A stretch of 64,000 nt of DNA, taken from positions 100,475 through 164,474 of the forward strand of contig NIVC01001474.1 in NCBI GenBank assembly GCA_002269645.1, read 5' to 3'. Below are positions 1-13,317 of the stretch, piece after piece. A model generated the notes under the pieces. It had not been told where the DNA came from. It did not search any database and was given only the letters and a program-made list of their open reading frames with translations. This DNA is from Macrostomum lignano. Its lineage: Eukaryota. Both the position numbers and the translations under genes were made by a program. Positions within the stretch are counted from its first letter, which is position 1, and each line of letters opens with the position of its first letter.

Positions 1-212
1 GTTGACTACCAGGCCGACGCTCGCCGCAACGCTCACCAGCCGGTCCAGCTGGCGTTGGCCGCCCTCGACAGTCGAGGACAGCAGGGCGAGGTCATCGGCG
101 TAGCCAAGCACACTGAGCCGCCTTTCCGGTTGGCGTCGACCCACGCGTCGCTGCAGCAGAAAGCTATCGTCGTCAGAAGAGAGGGTAGTCCGCAGCACCC
201 AGTCAAGCACCA
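1..212 (-). mobile_element. RTE-like non-LTR retrotransposon, reverse transcriptase fragment (runs off the window edge)
   Basis: The minus strand translates to VLDWVLRT...RRVGRRQPERRLSVLGYADDLALLSSTVEG, containing the RT YADD motif. It is the same family as 25243-28028 and 52880-54265. Confidence 0.85.
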
Positions 213-289
213 TGCGAGGACGACTAAAGTAACATATCTACTTAAGTAGTCCTTGGCACCAGGACGGGCAGAAACGGCGCAATCGTATT

Positions 290-1465
290 CCTCTGAGCAT
301 GGAAGTACGCTCTTGATGAAAAACTAATGCTGGTTGGAAAGGGATTATTGATACCGATAGTGATAGGACAAGAGCTGCTGGAACACCTGAAAAGTACGCA
401 CCATGGAGTAGCAAAATGAAAGAGAGCGGGCATGTGATTTTATTGTCCTGGTATTGAGAACGAAATTGTGAATGTAGCAAAACACTTTGTAAGATGTAAG
501 GACCTTCCGAGTCAGCAGAAGCAACCAATGCAAAGGAGAGAAGAGCCCGACAGTCTTCCAGCACCTTCGCATTGATCTGTTCGAATTTGTAGGGAAGAAT
601 TTCCTGGTGACAGCCGATGGAAAGTCCGGATGGGTGACGCTTGACAGTCTGGATTGTCACACGCCAACATACAAAATTATAAAATCCTTGAGGCAGCGAT
701 TTTACCAGAAGGAGTTTCTGACGTCATTTCGAGCGACAACGGACCGCAATTTGCGGCAAAGCCATTCCAGCGATTCCTGGAACGATGGGAAGTCGAGTGG
801 GACGTCATCTCCAAGCTATCCAAAGACGGTCATCTCAAAGGCGGAGGCCGCAGTGAAAGCCATGAAAAATTTATGAGAGGCAGCTGGAATCCAGACTACG
901 TGAGCCAGACTGGAAGAAACGGAGAAAACAACTCCTGATCAACATCAATTCACATCTATACGAGGGCCAGTCACCAGCACAGTCTTCGAACACCCGGTCA
1001 AGGACACTTTACCGATTCACACAGGCGTGCGTTTGCCAAGGAGTAACAAGCAGCTGATGGAGTAGAAGCAGGGGCGGGCAGTTTCCAGGCAACAACACTG
1101 CATAACATCTGAAAAGGAGTTACGTAAACTCAAGGTGGCTGACCGTGTGGCAATTCAAGACTCACAGACCAGGAAGTGGGACCGCAACGGAATGATCGTT
1201 GAAGTAATGCGGAACAATGACTTCCTATTTGGACAAACCAGTGGAAGAGTCCTGCGCAGGAACCAGAGATTGCTGGCGAGGCGATTGCCAGTGAGGGTTG
1301 AAAAGCAACAATGGAAGCCAGAACTACAAGGCACAGAGCTAGGGTCCAGAGGAATCGAGCAGAACAAACCTCGAATCAGGAGACCCCCGGAGAGGATCCA
1401 AGTCGAACCCTTCACAAAAAGTCTTACACTGTTTACGTGAACAATTTGATTTAAAAAGGGGGAGA
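290..1465 (+). mobile_element. Degenerate Ty3/Gypsy integrase region ending in a polypurine tract
   Basis: Frameshifted pieces read HHG..K..RA (zinc-finger region), IDLFEFVGKNFLVTAD, SDNGPQF (rve core), AEAAVKAMK and the C-terminal QDSQTRKW...GRVLRRNQR. Purine run AAAAAGGGGGAGA at 1453-1465 is followed by TG. Confidence 0.8.
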
Positions 1466-2652
1466 TGAGGGCTGCTGAATTAAAAGGGTGAGATTTTGCA
1501 TTGTTTTACTCGTATATTTTAGACGAAAAAACCCAAAAATATTGGACTCAAGCTCTCAGGTGAGAGGGCTAAGTTTGCTCAACTCGCATCGCAACAAGAG
1601 AATCTGTCAGTAGGGAATCTGGCAGTTTGGGATTTCTATTGAGACACACCGCATCCATCAGGTGCGCAAAGTTACGGATAGGTAAATACTTAAAGAAATT
1701 AAAAAATCATATTTACATTTTTCATATTTACAACGCAACACTGCAGTCGCACAACCCAACCACGGACAGAAAATGGCTGCATAGTCAATATCTTTTGGAA
1801 AGAAACAGAAAACAGTGGCTCCTGTCAATACGGACCACATCACATTCAATCTACACCTCTGTTGCGCTGCAGCTCTTTCCAAACAAATTCCACCTCACGG
1901 GGTTGTTTTACGAACTGCGTCTTAAGACTGACTCCTAAGTTCCAACTTAGACTCGAACTTAAGACTGAGCCGTAAACCCATTTACTTAGGAGTCACTTCT
2001 AACCTCGATCTTAGCTAAGGTCAAGCTTTGGTTATGGACGAGAAAGTTTAAGATTGGGTTGACCATGGACAAATTCCGCATTTCGTCAAACTTTAGCCGT
2101 TTTATATATGCCTTATTTTAGCCAGCAGAGACACTGTTACGGCTTATATTACTCCTTGTTCATTGAGTTTATTTTGCATTGCAAATCACATTCGAATGGC
2201 TGATAAAAGAAGACCTAATTTTAGTCAGAAAGAGATTGAGAAATGAACGTCGTCCCCAGCGGTTGAAGCCAAACCCGAGGAATCCTTTGCATCTTAAGAT
2301 TGAAATTTGGTTCGTAAAACACCGCCCAGATGTTGAACTTCCGGTCAACCGGAAGCTGAGAGCTACAAAACTGCATTTGGTGCGATGCCCCTGATCGCGG
2401 CGGGTTCTTCTGCTGCATCTCAAAACAAGAGACTGCGCTGCTTTATCAAAGTTAGCCATCTGCAGGACTGACCGGAAGCGTTCAACCTACATGTAACTTG
2501 GTTTGGGGCTGCCCTCAGTAAATCAATGCTGCAGATTTGAATGTATATTTGGTGCTAGAGAGGAGGCTTTCTCAGCCACAGCTGCGCAACTGCTCGAGAA
2601 TTTTGTATCTGAGGAAAACTTTGGGCATGGAGTGCAAAGTTCACCGATTCCT

Positions 2653-2823
2653 CTTTGCCTCCCTGACTCCTCTCTGCCTCCCTGACTCCTCTGTGCCTCC
2701 CTGACTCCTCTGTGCCTCCCTGACTCCTCTGTGCCTCTCTGACTCCTCTCTGCCTCCCTGACTCCTCTCTGCCTCCCTGACTCCTCTGTGCCTCCCTGAC
2801 TCCTCTCTGCCTCCCTGACTCCT
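2653..2823. repeat. 19-bp minisatellite (TGACTCCTCTGTGCCTCCC)n; a shorter copy lies at ~3983-4030
   Basis: Tandem units read directly from the sequence. Confidence 0.9.
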
Positions 2824-3129
2824 TCGGACTGAGCTGCGGACTCAGTGGGACTCCGTGGGACTCTTTGGGACCGAGCTGGGGACTTAGTGGGACTCCTTCA
2901 GCTCTGCCTCCCCTCCAGGATGTTTCTATCATTGCATCAAAAGCTGTCACAGCTGCGAGGTGAGCAGGTGGGAATTGGCCTCAGCACAGAGGAGCAGCGG
3001 ATACAATGCTGGGGGATAAAAATCGGCAGAATAAGATGGGCACAATAAAGATCGAACTGAAGCATCAATTGGAATAAACTCGGGTCTACTCCCAGTTATC
3101 CGCCAGCCATTTGCCAGCCAGGCATTTGA

Positions 3130-3985
3130 GAGCCACTGCGGGACCTACTGAAGGCCAAGAATTACTTCATCTGGATTCAGCAGCATGATGAAGCGTTCCG
3201 GGAGATGACAAGGGAGCTGAGCAGTGTCCCTAAGATGACCTTTTATGATCAACTTCTTATCTACCTCTCTTATCTGCATTGCACTCGGATGCTTCCAGAC
3301 CAAGCTGTCTGGACCGCTTTACCCTGAAGCAGAACCAGAGCGAGTGTCCAAGCCGGCTCAAGATTCGTTTTGGAGGCCGAGCGTCGTTAAGCAACGATCG
3401 AGCTTCAACTGCTGTCCGTTTCTTAGACAGTGAAAGAGAAGTCGTCTTTTTCTCGAAAGATTGAAACACTTCGAAATAGTAGTCGAACACAGACCGCTGG
3501 AGCCGATCTCAAATAAGCACTCTTAGGACGAGATCGACAACCCAAGGTTGCAGCGACTGTCCTGAAGCCCTACTAGAGCTTGCGTAAGAAGCTCAATGTT
3601 GAAGAACTAATACTGGTTGGAAAGAGATTATTGATACCGGGAGAGATGAGACGAGAGGTGCTCGAACACCTGCCAAGTATGCCCCATGGCAACGCCATTG
3701 AGAATGTAGCAAAGCACTGAGTAATATGCCAGGAGAATTCCTTCCGAATGAGCAAAGGAATCATCTTTAGGCCAGATCGACAATCCAAGGTTACAACTAC
3801 TGTCTCTGAGGCCATTATCTGAGGCCACGTTGAGAAGTTAGCAAAGCACTGTGTAAGATGCCAGGAGGACCTTCCAAGTCAGCATAAAAAGCCAATGCAA
3901 AGGAGAGAAGAACCTGATAGAGTGTTCCAGCAGCTACGCATTGATCTGCACGAATTTTGAAGGAAAATTTTCTGGTGACTACTGA
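3130..3985 (+). mobile_element. Degenerate Ty3/Gypsy pol (RT connection, RNase H, start of integrase)
   Basis: Fragments read PLRDLLKAKNYFIW..HDEAF, DAS, and LEPISNK..DEIDNPRLQRL. 3590-3985 resembles 310-610 in diverged, partly duplicated form. Confidence 0.75.
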
Positions 3986-4683
3986 CTCCTATCTGCCTCC
4001 TTGACTCCTCTCTGCCTCCTTGACTCCTCTCTGCCTCCCTGAATCCCTGACTGAGGACTTTGAGATTCTTTGGGAATGAGCTTCGGACTACATGGGACTC
4101 TTTAGGAGGAGCAGTGCATGCAGTGCTGGGAAATAAAGATGAGCAGCCTCAGCACCATCGAACTGAAGCGTCAGTTGGAATGAACTTGGGTCTACCAGTT
4201 TGCCAGTCAGACAGTTGCAGCCAGACATGAATTACGCAGCCTCACAACTCACAAACAAGGCACACATGGGAGAACAGCTCAGCGTACAAGTGCAGTGCAA
4301 GCTAAAGTTATGAAACTACATGAAAATTCAATTGGTGACCAACTTATACATCGGCTTTTATCCTGATATACATCACTTGTGTGCACCTGAAGAAGTCGCA
4401 AATTCAAATTGGGTTGGAAATGTCATGCAACAGTCAGACAGTCAGGTTAGTCAGACATCAGTTTTAATGCAAAAAGTCCGGCTGGCAAATGGCTGCTTGG
4501 CTAACAGAAATCTCCTAAATTCGCTGCAAATTTGACATCAGCTCAATGATAGAAAAATAATAATAAGTAAAAAATCCATCAAATTGCTCGATCTCAAAGT
4601 AGATAATGACGCCAAGGCCATGAAGGCAGCAACCCATCGGTCCAACGGGAGCTGCATCTGGCACTCGGTTCAGGACATTCTCA

Positions 4684-6206
<1,523 letters not shown>

Positions 6207-6384
6207 TCACCGCAAGCAACAAAACTACAGTTAATCGATACAGCAACTCGTAAAAAATATATTTTATCTCTGTGGACAACTGCATTTGCTAGGTAACCGG
6301 CTAATTTAGGTCATCATCAATAATCTGCTTTCACGTCTTAATCGAGTCCCACCGAGGCTCTTCTTCGAAAATCGAAAGATTGAC

Positions 6385-6410
6385 AGACGGACAGACAGAC
6401 ATTAAGACAA

Positions 6411-6487
<77 letters not shown>

Positions 6488-6527
6488 TAGACACACAGGC
6501 AGATAGACAGACAGACAGACAGACAGC

Positions 6528-6607
<80 letters not shown>
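6385..6607. repeat. (GACA)n microsatellite inside intron 6143-6621
   Basis: Tandem GACA read directly; it lies between donor GTGAGA (6621) and acceptor (6143). Confidence 0.95.
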
Positions 6608-6621
6608 GGGCTGTCTCTCAC

Positions 6622-7001
6622 CGTATCCAGGACTCAAGACGTGTCCGTTTCGGTATTCCACTTTTTTCGTCACTCCTTTGCACTCGCACAGATCCCTGGG
6701 GTGAATCGTGCTTCCTACAAGTAGCAAAATCACGTCAATGTCGGACTCGATGCCAGTTCTGCCGTCCAGAGTGACCAGGCTGTTGCCCCAGCCCTCCGAG
6801 ACGCTGCCCACCACTAAAAGGCCAACATACTTCAGTCTTCTCCTCAGAACATCCTGCAGGACATCAGCCGTGGCGCTCTGCAAGGCGGCTCTGGAGTCCA
6901 CGAATCCCGAGCGGGTCAGCGCTGAGTGCAGCTGCTGGCTGAGGTCATTGTCGCTGGGAGCGGCTCTGGATGATGGGAGGAGTGGGGGCTGCTGTGATTC
7001 A
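6622..7001 (-). CDS. Exon 2 of the ankyrin-cGLR gene: nucleotidyltransferase active-site core
   Basis: VVGSVSEG...SDIDV fits the hGS...DhD signature of pol-beta-fold NTases of the Mab-21/cGLR type. Acceptor CACAG ends at 7002 and donor GTGAGA starts at 6621; phases match both neighbouring exons. Confidence 0.82.
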
Positions 7002-7353
7002 CTGTGATTGGCTGAGATCAGATGCATAATCAATTTATACCCCAGAGAGTGGCATGGAAAATCTGATCAAGCTTGAATTCTCAAAAGGCTCATGAAGGAC
7101 ATCCTACGCGCCAGATTTTTGTATTTCATCATCATCTAGCAGCCGAGTGATCTTCAAATCTCACCGTTCGAAATGGCGACTTCAAAATGCCAGGTACCTG
7201 AAGGTCCATACAGACACCTGACTAATGGATATGCAGGGACACTAGATTGATTAAAATGCTGGTCACAAGTATAAAGAACCAAGTTTCACCGACCACAAAA
7301 CCTGCAGCAGTATTTCACACCCCTATAACAAGCAGCAACTCAGCAGCGCTCAC

Positions 7354-8389
7354 CTGTCTGCAGTTTCTGCGGCCGAATTCGGTCGCTCATCGCCCGTCAG
7401 CGCACGGTGCAGAACTTGCGCAGATCGCTCACTGCCGAACTCGATGGCACGATTGAGAGCGGATTGAAGTGACTCTCGAGAGCCTTCGAGAGCGGAGGCA
7501 TTGAGAAGCGACTCAACCACCTGATGGTGGTCGTTTTGAGCGGCAGTGTAGAGTGGTGACTCGCCAGTGATGAGTCGAACATTGACGTCAGCTCGTGCTC
7601 TGAGGAGCCTATCTACGAGTAGTACCTCATTGTGGCCATTTGTGATGCAATGTAGAGAGGTGACGAGCCAGTGATGAGTCGATGATTGACGTCGGCTCCT
7701 GCTTTGAGGAGTCGATCGACAACCTCATGGTGGCCTTGCGCTGATGCAACGTAGAGAGGTGACTCGCCAGTGTTTCGTTGAAGACTGACGTCGGCTCGCG
7801 CTATGAGGAGTCGATCTACTACCTCATGGTGGCCATTTTGTGATGCAAAGTAGAGAGGTGACTGGCCACTGTTTCGTTGAAGATTGACGTTGGCTCCTGC
7901 TCTGAGGTGTAGATCCACTATCTCATGTTGGCCTCGCGCTGATGCAATGTAGAGAGGTGACTCGCCATTGTTTCGTGGAAGATTGACGTCGGCTTGTGCC
8001 TTGAGGAGTCTATCTACAACATCATAGTGGCCTTGCATTGATGCAATGTAGAGAGGTGACTCATCTTTGACCTTCTCTTGAAGATTGACGTCGGCTCGTG
8101 CTTGGATTAGTAAATCGACAGCCTCACTATGGCCCAGTAGACATGCAAAAAACAATGGCGAGTATTCACCCCTGTTCTGTTTGTTAACATCGACGCTCTC
8201 TCGAATCAGCCTCACTAAGATGAAGATTCTGCTCAATAAACATACCCACATCAGCGGTGTCAACTCATTTTCTCTCCAAGTGAGAATCATGTCGACACTC
8301 CTCCCACTGGCAATGAAGTTCTCCACGGCTTGCAAATCGTCTGCTTCAATCGCCTGAAAGAGCTCTTCATCTGGGTCATTCCGGCGCAT
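7354..8389 (-). CDS. Exon 1 of the ankyrin-cGLR gene: ~8 ankyrin repeats; 1-bp frameshift at 7639-7641
   Basis: 33-aa repeats of the form GESPLYIAS..GH.EVVDRLL.AGADVN. ATG at 8389. The frame reopens after restoring one A and stays open to donor AG|GTGAGC at 7353. Confidence 0.85.
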
Positions 8390-9450
8390 TGCTCTAATGA
8401 AGCCAAAAAGCAATGAGTGCTAAAGAAAGTACTTTCGATACTTGGAAAGAATAAACGATATAAGCAAAACAAACAATAAACGATATTTCTCCAAGTGCAT
8501 TCAGAGCGAGCTGCTGTCATTTTAACCCCAGCGCTGAAGGCTTTTGCTGCTGAGAGCCAATCAACTTTTCCCGCTTCTCAACCTCATTCGGAAACTGCTG
8601 CCCAGTGCTGGTCAGTAGTATCCGTGGGAGCGAGCTGCTAAAATTAGAAACTGCTGGGGTAAATTCAACCGCCTGCAGCTGGAAGAGATGCGGCTACTGC
8701 GATTTGCACCTGAAAGCCCAGTCTTTCATGAGATCAAATGAATGAAGTCAGTCAAAGAGAGTTTCGAGTCTAAATCCACGCAAAGCACAGCAGACCTTTG
8801 CAGAGGGAAAAAAGTACTTTCATTGTCAGGGGAAATTACTCAGAAGACATTTGCCAAAATTATGGTGTAGTGATCAGAGGCGCCATAAAGGTGCCACACA
8901 AAGACATCGTGGCATTTCCGTCATCTCCGAACCAAGTGACCAGGGTTTCTAATGGGTTTGTATAGAATAAAACACCGCTATGGCTCTACCCGAATGTTAC
9001 TCATGTGAACTTTTTATAAAATGCCGCTCACAATATTTGGGCAAAATGGCAGCAGGAGGTCTCCAAGAGGCCCGCACTGAGGCCTTCGGTTCTGCTTGTG
9101 AAGAACTTCTTTCAAATAATTTTTATTACGGCAGTAAATAGACGTCTTCTACTGCTTGTTTGCATCTCAAAGCCAGGACTACTGTTGCCATGGTAACGAT
9201 TAACAACTCGATTAAGAACAATTTGTTATATTGAACCAGAAGGCGGCCTCACCCAATCCTACCAACAGTAGTCTGTGATAAATGAGCATTTTATTTCAAA
9301 TTTGAGTTGCGTGCCAGCGACTGCAGCATCTGAGGCTACTTAATGAGTCGAAATGACTTGAAAACTTTTGAGTCCATTCATGCACTTTTACTGCACGTGT
9401 GCACTTGATAATTAATTTAGAATACATGTATATTGACAAGGTATCTGCCA

Positions 9451-9763
9451 GGGGATCTGTCAGTAGGGGATCTGTCAGTAGGGGATCTGTCAGTAGGGGA
9501 TCTGTCAGTAGGGGATCTGTCAGTAGGGGATCTGTCAGTAGGGGATCTGTCAGTAGGGGTCTGTCAGTAGGGGATCTGTCAGTAGGGGATCTGTCAGTAG
9601 GGGATCTGTCAGTAGGGGATCTGTCAGTAGGGGATCTGTCAGTAGGGGATCTGTCAGTAGGGGATCTGCCAGTAGGGGATCTGTCAGTAGGGGATCTGTC
9701 AGTAGGGGATCTGTCAGTAGGGGATCTGTCAGTAGGGGATCTGTCAGTAGGGGATCTGTCAGT
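9451..9763. repeat. 15-bp minisatellite (GGGGATCTGTCAGTA)n, ~21 copies
   Basis: Tandem units read directly. Confidence 0.95.
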
Positions 9764-9779
9764 GGATCAGTTCCGACTC

Positions 9780-12140
9780 TCTGCAGACATTCCGCACCTC
9801 TTATGCTTAAAGTTTATCAAGATTAAGCTGAGCCAGACATGATACACATTTATTTTATCTCTCCCTGCCCCAGTCCCATTATCCGCAGAAGCAGCTCTGG
9901 ACAAAGTCTGACCCAGTTGCCGATTGGCAAGAGTAACAAACAACTCTCTCTCTCTTCTCACGCTGCAGAACCGCACCACGTCGAACACGAGATGGAGGAG
10001 AGACAGGGGTTGATGGCGCACCCAGTCTCAGGCCTAATGGAGCAGCTCTGCAGTTGCTGTATAAACTGCATTAATGATTTAATGAGCCACATTTTTAGTA
10101 CTTTTCGAGTGGTTGACAGCCTCGCATTAACAATGGAAGCTGCAATAGTAACCGCTGCATTAGCAGGAGCAATTAAAATCAAGCATCAGTGAGCAGCTCA
10201 GAGCCGCAGGGGCCACTCATACGCAGTTTTGAATTGAAGTTTTCTTAGAACAGCCGCTCGAAGCCACTGGGTGCTTCATCTCTCTGCCTCAACTGTCAGA
10301 GGCTCTCATTGTCCCCAGCATATATTGTGAATTCTACCTTATTAATCTTTTTTTCATAAAGATTGAGAATAATTGAATCTTTTTTCTCCATCAACAACAT
10401 TTCTTACCTTTCCAGTGTTTGCATATTTGTTAGATATTTGTATTTAATCATGAAAGATTGCTTGGATGGCCATATTCTGACAGGCTTTTGACCGATGCTG
10501 GCGCCGGAAACCAATCTGGGGGTGTGACGTTTTGAGGGCTATGACCCAGAGATGCGCTCTCTGACTTCTCACCCCTTTTTGGCCACAGCGTGGCTGGCGG
10601 GTGAAGTGATTTTTCTGTTGTTGCAGATGCCATTGAAATGCAGAGCATCAAATATCAGTGTCAAAAATCCCTTCTGGCTAACAGAATTCAACTCTGTCTA
10701 TATCAACACACTTCTGTCTGCATAAACACACTTCTGTCTGCATAAACACACTTCTGTCTGCATAAACACATTTCTGTCTGTATAAACACGCTTCTTTGTG
10801 CATAAACACACTTCTGTCTGCATAAACACACTTTTGTCTGCATAAACACTTTTTTGTCTGTATAAACACGTTTCTGTCTGCATAAACACATTTCTGTCTG
10901 TATAAACACATTTCCGTCTGTATAAACACATTTCCGTCTGTATAAACACATTTCTGTCTGCATAAACACACTTCTGTCTGTATAAACACATTTCTGTCGG
11001 CATAAACACAATTCTGTCTGTATAAACACATTTCTGTCGGCATAAACACACTTCTGTCTGTATAAACACATTTCTGTCGGCATAAAAACACTTCTGTTTG
11101 CATAAACACAATTCTGTCTACATAAACACACTTCTGTCTGCATAAACACTTTTTTGTCTGTATAAACACATTTCTGTCGGCATAAACACACTTCTGTTTG
11201 CATAAACACATTTCTGTCGGCATAAACACACTTCTGTTTGCATAAACACAATTCTGTCTACATAGACACACTTCTGCCTGCATAAACACACGTCTGCATA
11301 TCACACATCTAGATACTCGTAAACACGGTTCTGTCTACATAACACACTTCGGATATGTTACTAGGTCATATGTCAGTGTTACAGATCTTACTTTGAGCAG
11401 ATATTCTACATCAATCAGGTCTGAGTCTCTGCATCATTTATAAAGTTTATCAAGAATAAGCTGAGCCAGACATACAAGCTTGTACTTGTACATTTGATCT
11501 CTCGCTGGCCCAGCCTTATTGTCCGCAGGACCAACTCTGCCCAGGCAAGAATAACAAATTATTTTCTCTTTCCTCATCATGTTGCAGCCCCGCACCGTCC
11601 AAACACGAGATGGAGGATTGGCAGGAGTTGATGACGCACCCAGTCTCAGGCTTGGGGCATTGCTGTAGCAATTATTGAATGGGCAAAAAGTTTTTAGAGC
11701 TTTTTGAGTGTCGACAGCCCCACATTAACAATGGAAGCTGCAATTCAACAGCAAGAGCAACTAAAACCCAGCATTACTGAGCAGCACAGAGCCGCAGAGG
11801 CCACTCATACGCAGCTCTGAGCTGTTTCGGTTCGCTGATTTTGTTGAATTGAAGTTGTCTCTGAGCGGGAGCTCGAAGCCACTGGAAAAGTGCTCAACAC
11901 CGGAGCGGAAAAAACAATAGCCTTCTACTTGTCTCGACCCCAGCTATCCAAACAGCCGACCTCATAGAATAACGAAGCTGGAGTTTTAGGCTAAGGCTGT
12001 GAGTTTTGAGATGTAAGCCAGCAGTGTGTTTTAAGAGTCTTTCTGACACGCAAGCAAAAGATAACGAGAAAATAAAACCGGTTACTCGCTCATCTCTCAA
12101 GGCCTGTCATTGTCCCAGATTATTGTGAATTCTGTCCTAT
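9780..12140. repeat. Diverged direct duplication (~9780-10330 and ~11420-12140)
   Basis: Shared blocks such as AAAGTTTATCAAGA.TAAGCTGAGCCAGACAT, AACACGAGATGGAGGA, GCACCCAGTCTCAGGC and GCCACTCATACGCAG occur in the same order. Confidence 0.75.
10698..11345. repeat. 20-bp minisatellite (CATAAACACACTTCTGTCTG)n, ~30 copies
   Basis: Tandem units read directly. Confidence 0.95.
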
Positions 12141-13317
12141 GAAGCAGCATTTCTTATCTGTCCAGAGTGTTTGCACAGTCGTTTGTTTTTTGCACTTAAT
12201 CAAAAAATATTGCTTGCTGGTTTGCTGCATTTGGTAGGTGCTATTAATATTATGTAGGCAATCGAAGTTCAGTGTCGGCAAATCACTAATGACCAAATCA
12301 CCATTACGGTTTATAGTTTCTTTTTTTCATTTTTCAATTATTTTTCAATTTTATTTTTCAAAAATTATACTTTGTATCTATCTTTACTAACTAAAGTAAA
12401 AAGAGTGTTATTAGCACTTAGGAAATTCGATTTTGTTAAAATGTGTACTCGGCAGTCACATTACATAAAAGTAAAAGTTACAGCATTACAGGTCCCTGTT
12501 TGATCATTCTGTTGCAGTCATGCAGACATTTTGGAAACAAATTGGTATTTTCATGACAGCAGGCCTTTACTGCTCTGGAGTATTGTTTGGTAAACTTCAG
12601 TCTACAATGCAGCTTAAATCTGCAGGAAGAGAAAGGGAATTCACTGAATGCTTCCAGTTAACGGCAAGCAGTCTTAATGGTTTGTGTTTCAAACTGGACA
12701 CCTAATTAAGAAATTCAAATACATTTGATGATTTCCGACTGTTTGTATAGTTCGTTCTTGGTCTGATTGGAGTCAGTTATTAACGAGTTCGACTATGATT
12801 TTTCTGACTATGATCAGACCATAATGATGTTAAAACAAGCGAATACAAGGTGGTAAGCAAACTGTGGACAGAGTACGAAGCAGTTAAAGGGTCATGGTAT
12901 AGTTATCGATAATTTGAGTCGTCTGTCGTCAAAGGCTAATGCCTGCGGTAGTCTGAGAGTTGAGTCTAAGGTTTGGTCAATTGCAATGCTAGAGAGTAGG
13001 AAGAGGGCCGGTCTGAAGACTGCTTCTTACTTCGTTTGTTAAAAATACAGCGCGATGTTAGTCTGCTATTGGTAGCCTGCGTTGAGCAAATCATCTCAGA
13101 TGGATAGGACGGCATTGATGGAGTTCGCACAAAAACGCACACAATGGAAATGGCTATACATTTTTAAAAGGCAGAGTTGCCAAGTACATGTACCTTATTA
13201 TAAGGCTGTTATTTTACGAGTAATAATTTATCTTGGGCTTCGTTTAAGCTTAAAGAATAAGAAAATTTTTGAACGATAGCCTGAGCTACCACGACGCAAT
13301 CTGCACCAGCTTCGGTC

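Noticed and set aside
6331-6621. LSVC/RQTD repeat peptides (also ~58875-59123 and 59999-60368)
   Set aside because: They are (GACA)n microsatellite translations; the first lies inside a predicted intron.
6338-7033. NTase as a bacterial CBASS/CD-NTase locus or contaminant
   Set aside because: The gene has GT-AG introns with matching phases, Mab-21-type C-lobe motifs and no operon or effector genes.
10678-11304. Cys-rich ORFs resembling metallothionein or keratin-associated proteins
   Set aside because: They are a 20-bp tandem repeat read in all three frames.
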